A DNA stretch of 6,932 nucleotides, taken from IMG/VR virus record IMGVR_UViG_2711768017_000003; one strand, 5' to 3'. Within the stretch, counting starts at the first letter, position 1, and each line of letters begins with the position of its first letter. The stretch is from a virus. Taxonomy: Duplodnaviria; Heunggongvirae; Uroviricota; Caudoviricetes. Shown here one piece after another: positions 1 through 6,932 of the stretch. The notes under the pieces are model-generated. The model saw only the letters and a program-made list of their open reading frames with translations, was not told where the DNA came from and made no database searches. The position numbers and the translations under genes were made by a program.

Positions 1-2147
1 GCTGCCGGTGCGGCAATCCGGAACGATACCGACGCCGGATCGCCCTGCTGCCCCCACGCATTTACTGCCCGGACTGTCAGCCTGTAGTTCCCCAGCGCCA
101 GTTGTGTGAAGCGGTAAGTGGTTTCCGTCGTCCGGGCCGTGCTGACCAGCCGCTCACTGCCGTCATCCGCTGTTACGGTCAGACGGAGCAGGAAGCTCAC
201 GCCCTTCACCACCTTCGGCGTGTCCCAGCGCGCCAGCACCTGATATTCCCCGCTGTCTGCGGTGACTTCGGCAGTCAGGTGCTGCACCGCTGGCGGCGTG
301 ACACCATTCACCGTGCCGCTCTGGTCGCCGTCAAAGTGCGCCCCGTTATCCACGATGGCTTCTTTTTCCGGCACATGCTGCACGGCGGTGATGGCATACG
401 TGCCGTCGTCGTTCTCACGGATACTCACGCAGCGGAACAATCGCTGGTGCAGCGTCGGCAGCTTCAGCCCCCACACGCTGTATTCAGCAACACCGTCAGG
501 AACACGGCTCACTTTTACCTTCACGCCGTCGGTGACGGACTGGACCTCCACGCTGACCGGATTCCCCTGCCCGTCAACCAGGCTTATCAGCGTGGTGCCG
601 GAGGATGGCAGCGTGATTTCACGGTCGAGCGTCAGCGTCCGGGTCTGGCTGTTCACCGCCAGCACGCGCCCGCCGGTGCGGATACCGGCATAGTCATCAT
701 CGCAGATTTCAATGACATCGCCCGGTACATGACGAAGCCCTTCAGCACCCACGCTGAAATCCACGGTCTGCGTCTCCAGCAGTTCCGTTTTAATCAGCCA
801 CAGCCCGGCGCGGTGTGCCTGCCCCCGGCTGGTACAGCCAAAGGCATCCATCTTCGTGACGTTACGACCGTAACGGGCAATGGCCTGCGTATCCTCCACA
901 AGCTCTGTCGCCGTCTCCCAGCCGTTATCCGGGTCAATCCAGTTCACCTCAACGGCATTATGGCGGTCTTTCAGGGCGCTGAAACTGTAGCGGAACGGCG
1001 CGCCATCATCCGGCATCACCACATTACTGCGGTTATAGGTCCACACCTTATCCGACGGTCGGTCCTGCACGAACGTCAGCGTCTGCCCGTTCCATACCGG
1101 CATACAGCGCATCGCCGAGCAGAAATCACTGAGCACATCCCACGCCTTGCGCTGTGTGGTCAGCCAGGCATTACAGGTGATGCGCGGCTCCGTGCTGCCA
1201 AAGCCGTCCGGCACCGACTGGTCACAGTACTGGCCGATGACATACAGCGCCCATTTATCCACATCTGCCGCACCAAGACGTTTCCCCATGCCATAGCGCG
1301 GATGGGTCAGCATATCCCACAGACACCAGGCCATGTTGTTGCTGTATGCCGGTTTTAACGTTCCGTCCCAGATACCGCTGTATTGCCGCGTCTGCGGATT
1401 ATAGTTCGACGGCACCTGCAGAATGCGCCCGCGAAGATGATAATTACGGCTCACCTGCTGGCTGCCGAACTGCTCCGAATCCACCTGTACGCCGACCAGT
1501 GCCGTGTTCGGGTAGCACTGTTTCACATCGATGATTTCGGTGTATGACGACCAGAGCGTTTTGTTCTGCAGCTGGTCTGTGGTGCTGTCTGGCGTCATCC
1601 TGCGCATCCGGATATTAAACGGGCGCGGCGGCAGGTTATCCACCACCACCGAGGCCAGATACTGCGAGGTGGTTTTGCCCTTAATGGTGATGTCTTTTTC
1701 CGTCACCCAGCCACCGTTACGCTGTATCTGAACCAGCAGGCGAACTTCAGACGGATTCCTGTCTCCCTTTGAGGTGGTTTCCACCAGTGCCTGCACACCG
1801 AAGGTAAAGCGCAGACGGTCGATGTTTGCCGACGTGATGGTCCGGGTGATCGGCGTGTCATATTTCACTTCCGTACCCAGCACCGTCTCGGAGCCGGAGG
1901 ATTCAAATCCCTCCGGCGGTGACTGCTCCTGCTCACCTGCCCGGAACACCACCGTGACGCCGGAGATGTTGGTATTCCCCTCACTGTCCAGCACCGGCGT
2001 ACTGTTCAGCAGCACGCTTTTTAATCCATCCACCGGACCTTCAACCGGCCCTTCGCTGATGGCATCGATCACACTCAGTAACTGCGTGGATTTCAGGTTA
2101 TCTTTCGCTTCGCGCGGGGTATGCCCCTTACTGCTGCCTTTACCCAT
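1..2147 (-). CDS. J: Tail tip / host-specificity protein J (central tail fibre), N-terminal ~715 codons only; the 3' end lies beyond the window start
   Basis: Minus-strand frame is open from the window edge to an ATG at 2145-2147, with GGAG about 8 nt upstream. The encoded N-terminus (MGKGSSKGHTPREAKDNLKSTQLLSVIDAISEGP...) matches lambda gpJ from memory. It follows I after a 60-nt spacer, as in lambda. Not in the ORF track because no stop codon falls inside the window. Confidence 0.92.
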   Translation of the reverse strand, partial: MGKGSSKGHTPREAKDNLKSTQLLSVIDAISEGPVEGPVDGLKSVLLNSTPVLDSEGNTNISGVTVVFRAGEQEQSPPEGFESSGSETVLGTEVKYDTPITRTITSANIDRLRFTFGVQALVETTSKGDRNPSEVRLLVQIQRNGGWVTEKDITIKGKTTSQYLASVVVDNLPPRPFNIRMRRMTPDSTTDQLQNKTLWSSYTEIIDVKQCYPNTALVGVQVDSEQFGSQQVSRNYHLRGRILQVPSNYNPQTRQYSGIWDGTLKPAYSNNMAWCLWDMLTHPRYGMGKRLGAADVDKWALYVIGQYCDQSVPDGFGSTEPRITCNAWLTTQRKAWDVLSDFCSAMRCMPVWNGQTLTFVQDRPSDKVWTYNRSNVVMPDDGAPFRYSFSALKDRHNAVEVNWIDPDNGWETATELVEDTQAIARYGRNVTKMDAFGCTSRGQAHRAGLWLIKTELLETQTVDFSVGAEGLRHVPGDVIEICDDDYAGIRTGGRVLAVNSQTRTLTLDREITLPSSGTTLISLVDGQGNPVSVEVQSVTDGVKVKVSRVPDGVAEYSVWGLKLPTLHQRLFRCVSIRENDDGTYAITAVQHVPEKEAIVDNGAHFDGDQSGTVNGVTPPAVQHLTAEVTADSGEYQVLARWDTPKVVKGVSFLLRLTVTADDGSERLVSTARTTETTYRFTQLALGNYRLTVRAVNAWGQQGDPASVSFRIAAPA

Positions 2148-2169
2148 TCCTCACGCTCCATAAACGACA

Positions 2170-2189
2170 AAACCGCCCGCAGGCGGTTT
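2170..2189 (-). other. Perfect 8-bp inverted repeat (AAACCGCC-cgca-GGCGGTTT) in the I-J spacer; candidate RNA stem-loop just upstream of the J ribosome-binding site
   Basis: Read directly: 2170-2177 pairs with 2182-2189 around a 4-nt loop. On the minus-strand transcript the stem is followed by UUUUGUCGUUUA and then GGAG...AUG of J. Confidence 0.4.
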
Positions 2190-2207
2190 CACATAAAACA
2201 TTTTGCA

Positions 2208-2879
2208 TCAGCGACCAATCACCACAACCTGACCACCGTCCCCTTCGTCTGCCGTGCTGATCTCCTGAGATACCACACGTGACCCCACGCGCATTTCACC
2301 ATACAGAACAGGCATAACATTGCCCTGGGCAACCATGTTATCCAGTGAGGAGAAATAGGTGTTCTGCTTACCGTTATCCGTTGTCTGTGTGCGGGGAGTT
2401 CTGGCTTTCGGTGCCAGCATCTGAGCCACACCGCCGAGCACCATACTGGCACCGAGAGAAAACAGAATGCCGGTCATACCACCGGCACCAATGGCAGCCC
2501 CCCATGCTGCAAGGGTGGCTCCGGCGGTAAAGAATGATCCGGCAATGGCGGCTGCTCCCAGGACAATCTGGAATACACCACCTGACTTGGCCCCGGCGAC
2601 TCTGGGAACAATATGAATCACAGCGCCGTCAGGCAGAGCCTCATGTAACTGTGCCGTTAATCCGGACGTGCTAACATCCTGCCCGGCAATACGCACCTGA
2701 TACCAGCCGTCGCTCAGCTTCTGACGAAACGCAGGGAGCTGTGTGGCCATCGCCCGGATGGCTTCGGCACCCGTTTTCACACGAAGGTCGATGCGGCGGC
2801 CAAATCGTTGCAAATCCCCGTAAAGGCAGATGCGTGCCATGCCCGGTGACGCCAGAGGGAGTGTGTGCGTCGCTGCCAT
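2208..2879 (-). CDS. I: Tail tip assembly protein I (ubiquitin-like N-terminal domain, Gly/Ala-rich hydrophobic C-terminal half)
   Basis: 223-aa ORF in the track, the same length as lambda gpI. Start ATG at 2877-2879 is preceded by GAGAGG; stop TGA at 2208-2210. Its start lies 103 nt inside the 3' end of K, as in lambda. Confidence 0.9.
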   Translation of the reverse strand: MAATHTLPLASPGMARICLYGDLQRFGRRIDLRVKTGAEAIRAMATQLPAFRQKLSDGWYQVRIAGQDVSTSGLTAQLHEALPDGAVIHIVPRVAGAKSGGVFQIVLGAAAIAGSFFTAGATLAAWGAAIGAGGMTGILFSLGASMVLGGVAQMLAPKARTPRTQTTDNGKQNTYFSSLDNMVAQGNVMPVLYGEMRVGSRVVSQEISTADEGDGGQVVVIGR

Positions 2880-3520
2880 TTGTCGGTATACCTCTCTCGT
2901 TTGCTCAGTTGTTCAGGAATATGGTGCAGCAGCTCGCCGTCACCACAGTAAATGGCGGCATGATTCGGCACCGATGAACCAAAACAGCACAGCAGCACAT
3001 CGCCCGGCTGCGCCGCTGACAACGGCACCTGATACAGCCCTGTGGCCTCCAGATTATCCAGATAGAGATTCTGACCGTGACGCCACCAGTCATCCTCACG
3101 ATGAAAATCCGGCATCTCAATCCCCGCCAGATGGTAAGCATCCCGGAACAGCGTGTAACAGTCCGTCACCCCGTGCTCAAAGCGCCGCCCGGTAAGATGT
3201 GGCACACAGCGGAACTTGTGAATCGCCCCCCGGCAGACCAGCCACCACGGCAAATCACTCTGCACCTGCAGCCGCCGGTCGGCCTCACTCAGCCAGGGCA
3301 GACCACCGGGGTGGCTGTGGACCAGTGCCACAATCTCACCCTGCATCTCTGCCTGCAGCCAGTCTTCCGGCGACATACGGAAATACGCCTCCGGCTCACC
3401 GGAGATATTCACGCAGGGGAAATATCTTTCCCCCTCCGGCGTTCTTACCACGAAGCCGCACGACTCCGCTGGAGCACATCGCCGGGCGTGCGCCAGAATC
3501 GCTGATTCTGTCTCTGTCAT
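2777..3520 (-). CDS. K: Tail tip assembly protein K, two-domain JAMM/MPN + NlpC/P60 peptidase-like protein; longest-ORF form of 247 aa (alternative SD-preceded start at 3374-3376 gives 199 aa)
   Basis: ORF 2777..3520. It contains H68-S-H70-x7-S78-x2-D81 (HSHPGGLPWLSEAD, a JAMM motif) with upstream E19-S-C-G, and an NlpC/P60-like Cys/His/His set (DCYTLF C121, NHAAIY H187, H199). The upstream ATG lies 5 nt after the L stop codon with no SD; the internal ATG at 3374-3376 has GGAGG about 11 nt upstream. Confidence 0.85.
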   Translation of the reverse strand: MTETESAILAHARRCAPAESCGFVVRTPEGERYFPCVNISGEPEAYFRMSPEDWLQAEMQGEIVALVHSHPGGLPWLSEADRRLQVQSDLPWWLVCRGAIHKFRCVPHLTGRRFEHGVTDCYTLFRDAYHLAGIEMPDFHREDDWWRHGQNLYLDNLEATGLYQVPLSAAQPGDVLLCCFGSSVPNHAAIYCGDGELLHHIPEQLSKRERYTDKWQRRTHSLWRHRAWHASAFTGICNDLAAASTFV

Positions 3521-3525
3521 GGGAT

Positions 3526-4224
3526 TTACTGCGAAAGTTTGTTAATGGAAAGGAAGCCGCCAAAGTTGCCGACGTTATTGCGAAACTTACAGCCACTCAG
3601 GCATTTGCTGCATTTATCCTTCGTGATGTCGGACGTTGGCTGGTCATATTCATCCGCGACCGCCGGACCGTGATAACCGCACTCATCGCCGCGATAGGTC
3701 CAGGTGCAGGTGTTGGCCAGCATGATACGTCCCGGAAAAACAGCGCCATCTGTTTCCGTCGGCGTGGACAGTACAAAAGAGGCACTCACCGCGCTCAGTT
3801 CGCTGCACTGCTCGATGCGCCAGCGGCTGATCACCTCCTGCTCCGGATCGGCGTCACTGTTTCCGTTGACGAAGTTCACCGCATCCAGAAAACGGGCGTA
3901 AACCTTACGCCGGACCACCGTTCCGCCGACCAGACTCTGTAGATCTTCCGCCATCCCGGTGACCATACCGTACAGGTTAGAAACCATCAGCGTGGGGCGC
4001 GTACTGGTGCCTTTGCCATTCAGTTCAAAACCACTCCCCTGAATGGGATACGGCTGATACTGTCGCCCCTGCCAGGTGACCGGCTCACCTTTTTCGTTCT
4101 GCTCATTACAGAAAAAATAACGTTCTCCACCGACCTCTGTCAGATCGATTTCCCAGAGCACCACGCTGGCCGACTGCTCCGCACGGGTGCATTCATTCAG
4201 TGTTTCCTGCCGGATATCCTGCAT
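3526..4224 (-). CDS. L: Tail tip protein L, with a cysteine-rich C-terminal region (Fe-S cluster family)
   Basis: 232-aa ORF, the same length as lambda gpL. Its ATG (4222-4224) overlaps the M stop codon as TGATG. C-terminal cysteines at C173, C182, C205, C208 and C212. Confidence 0.93.
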   Translation of the reverse strand: MQDIRQETLNECTRAEQSASVVLWEIDLTEVGGERYFFCNEQNEKGEPVTWQGRQYQPYPIQGSGFELNGKGTSTRPTLMVSNLYGMVTGMAEDLQSLVGGTVVRRKVYARFLDAVNFVNGNSDADPEQEVISRWRIEQCSELSAVSASFVLSTPTETDGAVFPGRIMLANTCTWTYRGDECGYHGPAVADEYDQPTSDITKDKCSKCLSGCKFRNNVGNFGGFLSINKLSQ

Positions 4225-4553
4225 CAGTTCACCACCTGTTCAAACTCTGCGCTGAACTCAACACGCAGCATACTGACCCGCGACGACCATTTTGCGCAGG
4301 TCACCTTTATCTGCCGCCACTCATAAGGCGGCGTCCACAGAAAGGCTTTCCAGCCCCCGTGCTCTTCCAGAAACGACTCCAGTACCATGGCCTCCTCACG
4401 GGGGACAGAAAGCGTCACGCTGTACGTTTTCAGGTTGGCATTCAGCCCGGCAGGCGCTCGCTGGGAATAGCCATCACCAAAGCGCACCTTTCTTACAGAA
4501 GGGGCCGAAGCCACATCCATACCGGGTTTCACTTTCCAGCGGAAGGTTTTCAT
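4224..4553 (-). CDS. M: Tail tip assembly protein M
   Basis: 109-aa ORF, the same length as lambda gpM. Its ATG overlaps the H stop codon as ATGA (4550-4553), with GGAGGTGG upstream. Confidence 0.93.
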   Translation of the reverse strand: MKTFRWKVKPGMDVASAPSVRKVRFGDGYSQRAPAGLNANLKTYSVTLSVPREEAMVLESFLEEHGGWKAFLWTPPYEWRQIKVTCAKWSSRVSMLRVEFSAEFEQVVN

Positions 4554-6932
4554 CGTCCACCTCCGGAGAACAGGCCACCATCACGCATCTGTGTCTGAAT
4601 TTCATCACGGGCACCCTTGCGGGCCATGTCATACACGGCCTTCATCATCTGTGGACCTGGCAGACCATTCGTACCGTCGTTCTGAATCACCACGTGATTG
4701 TTCTGATTAAAATTAATGCCTTCAGCCCGCCGCATCTGCGCCGGACTTCCGGCACCGCCCACATAACCACCTTCCGCATAGCCGCGCATCAGCCGGTAGA
4801 GATTCCCCACGCCAATCCGGCTGGTTGCCTCCTTCGTGAAGACAAATTCACCACGGTGAACAATCCCCGCTGGCTCATATTTGCCGCCGGTTCCCGTAAA
4901 TCCCCCGGTTGCAAAATGGANNNNNNNNNNNNNNNNNNNNNNNNNNNNNNNNNNNNNNNNNNNNNNNNNNNNNNNNNNNNNNNNNNNNNNNNNNNNNNNN
5001 NNNNNNNNNNNNNNNNNNNNNNNNNNNNNNNNNNNNNNNNNNNNNNNNNNNNNNNNNNNNNNNNNNNNNNNNNNNNNNNNNNNNNNNNNNNNNNNNNNNN
5101 NNNNNNNNNNNNNNNNNNNNNNNNNNNNNNNNNNNNNNNNNNNNNNNNNNNNNNNNNNNNNNNNNNNNNNNNNNNNNNNNNNNNNNNNNNNNNNNNNNNN
5201 NNNNNNNNNNNNNNNNNNNNNNNNNNNNNNNNNNNNNNNNNNNNNNNNNNNNNNNNNNNCCCCCGCCAATGGCGCTGCCGATACTCCCGACAATCCCCAC
5301 CATTGCCTGCTTAAGCAGAATTTCTGTCATCATGGACAGCACGGAGCGGGTGAAGCTGCGCCAGTTCTGTTCACTGCCGGTCAGCATCGCCGCCATATTC
5401 TGTGCAATACCATCAAAGGTCTGCGTGGCTGCACTTTTAACCTGTGACATACTGTCCGTGGCGCTCTCTTCCCACTCACTCCAGCCGGACTTCAGGCCTG
5501 CCATCCAGCTCCCGCGAAGCTGGTCTTCAGCCGCCCAGGTCTTTTTCTGCTCTGACATGACGTTATTCAGCGCCAGAGGATTATCGCCATACTGTTCCTT
5601 CAGGCGCTGTTCCGTGGCTTCCCGCGCTGCCTGCCGGTCAGTCAGCCCCCGGTTTTTCGCATCAATGGCTGCCCGTTTTGCCCGTTGCTGCTGTGCGAAT
5701 TTATCCGCCTGCTGCGCCAGCGCATTCAGGTGCTCCTGATACGTAACCTTGTCACCAAGTGCAGCCAGCTGGCGTTTGTACTCCAGCGTCTCGTCTTTAT
5801 GCGCCAGCAGGGATTTCTCCTGTGCGGACAGCTGGCGACGTTGTGCCGCCTCCTCCAGTACCGCGAACTGACTTTCTGCCTTCCACAAATCCCGGCGCTG
5901 CTGGCTGATTTTCTCATTCGCTCCGGCATGCTTCTCCAGCGTCCGGAGTTCTGCCTGAAGCGTCAGCAGGGCCGCATGAGCACTGTCTTCCTGACGATCG
6001 CCCGCATACACCTTCACGCCGGACTGTTTCGGCTTTTTCAGCGTCGCTTCATAATCCTTTTTCGCCGCCGCNTTGCGCAGATTCCAGATGTCGTCTGCTT
6101 TCTTAAACGCAGCCTCTGCCTTAATCAGCATCTCCTGCGCGGTATCAGGACGACCAATATCCAGCACCGCATCCCACATGGATTTGAATGCCCGCGCTGT
6201 CCTGTCTGCCCAGGTCTCCAGCGTGCCCATGTTCTCTTTCAGGCGGCGGGTCTGGTCATCAAACCCTTTCGTTGCGGCCTCGTTCGCCGCCTGCAATGCC
6301 CCGGCTTCATCGCCGGAACGCTGCAACTGAGCAACATACGCAATCTGCTCCGCCGTCACGTTATGGAACTGGCGTGCCATCGCCGTCAGCCCCGACGTCG
6401 GGTCTGTGGTCAGCTTCCCGAAGGCTTCAGCGACCTTGTCCACCTCCACGCCGGATGCATAGGAGAAACGCGCCACACTCTGGCTGATGGACGCAATCTG
6501 AGCCTCACCGCTTACCCCCGCCTTAACCAGTGCGCTGAGTGACTCGCTGGTCTGGTTAAACGTCAGCCCTGCCGCCTGCCCGGCTCTGGACAGGACCAGC
6601 ATACGATCTGCCGTCAGTCCCGCCTGATTGCCGGAAAGGACCAGCGTTTTGTTGAAATCGGACAGGGTTGAGTTGCCCTGATACCAGGCATACGCCAGCG
6701 CACCGGTCGCCACCGCCAGCGAGGTGGCCCCCACCATCGGCAGGGTGATCGCGCCGGCAAGCCCCCTGAACATGGGGATCATCCCGCCGAAGGAGTCCTT
6801 AACCTGACCACCCTGTTGCAGCAGGATCAGCCAGGGATTCTGCCCCCCTGCAAGCTGCGTGGCCACGTCGGTGAACTGTGCAGGCAGCATACGCATGGCG
6901 GCTTTATACTGCCCGACGGAAATCCCCGCTTT
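4550..6932 (-). CDS. H: Tail tape-measure protein H; the start codon lies beyond the window end and the CDS is interrupted by a 339-nt N run
   Basis: Two track ORFs (4875..6896 and 4550..5293) are the two sides of one gene split by the N run. The upstream piece (MRMLPAQFTDVATQLAGG... with a long helical, coiled-coil-like stretch) and the C-terminal piece (...DEIQTQMRDGGLFSGGGR) match lambda gpH from memory. The frame stays open from 6896 to the window edge, adding KAGISVGQYKAA. Confidence 0.9.
4921..5259. other. Run of 339 N (assembly gap or masked segment) inside the H coding sequence
   Basis: Read directly from the sequence. The H reading frames on either side are offset by one position, so the run length does not represent the true missing sequence. 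Confidence 0.95.

Noticed and set aside
102-1358. Plus-strand 418-aa ORF (with further plus ORFs at 262..693, 1346..1534, 1531..1731 and 1774..2163)
   Set aside because: They lie antisense to the J coding sequence, whose product matches lambda gpJ. Long antisense ORFs are expected in GC-rich coding DNA; there is no start context or recognisable protein features.
2219-2452. Minus-strand 77-aa ORF nested within I in another frame
   Set aside because: Fully contained in I in an alternative frame; Trp/Cys/Arg-rich composition suggests a spurious frame.
3199-3942. Plus-strand 247-aa ORF across the K/L region
   Set aside because: Antisense shadow of K and L; its Pro/Arg/Ala-rich, low-complexity translation is typical of the wrong frame of GC-rich DNA.
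4292-5314. Plus-strand 340-aa ORF, plus 4881..5447 and 4909..5739
   Set aside because: Most of their length is the N run translated as X; the rest is antisense to H and M.
6072-6072. Single ambiguous base (n) inside H, initially suspected to mark an internal deletion relative to lambda H
   Set aside because: Length arithmetic (window H sequence plus a ~350-nt gap gives 853 codons) is consistent with a full-length H, so this is most likely just an uncalled base.
5685-6542. Plus-strand 285-aa ORF (TTG start), plus 6073..6330 and 6188..6487
   Set aside because: Antisense to the H coiled-coil region; Leu/Arg/Cys-rich translation typical of a non-coding frame.
4550-6896. Treating the two H-region track ORFs (4550..5293 and 4875..6896) as two separate genes
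   Set aside because: They are the two halves of one tape-measure gene artificially split by the N run; their apparent overlap and X-rich ends come from translating through the gap.
1-6932. Search for CRISPR repeats, tandem repeats, IS or transposon ends, tRNA or other RNA genes, and accessory cargo genes
   Set aside because: No regularly spaced direct repeats, no terminal inverted repeats flanking an ORF, and no tRNA-like structure noticed. Coding density is essentially complete with known tail genes, leaving no room for cargo except the 60-nt I-J spacer.

Overview
This window is the tail-tip assembly module of a lambdoid phage or prophage, with every real gene on the minus strand. In order of transcription (high to low coordinates) it holds the tape-measure gene H (its start lies beyond the window end and it is interrupted by a 339-nt N run), then M, L, K, I, and the N-terminal ~715 codons of the tail-tip/host-specificity gene J (its 3' end lies beyond the window start). 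Gene order, sizes (M 109 aa, L 232 aa, I 223 aa), the 103-nt K/I overlap and the protein sequences match phage lambda gpH/gpM/gpL/gpK/gpI/gpJ as I recall them, so this is lambda or a near-identical relative. I see no rRNA, tRNA, CRISPR array, insertion sequence or accessory cargo gene. I do not find evidence of a novel system here; the points worth a second look are annotation-level: the gpK start site, the gap inside H, and a stem-loop in the I-J spacer. All plus-strand ORFs in the track look like antisense shadows of the GC-rich minus-strand genes.
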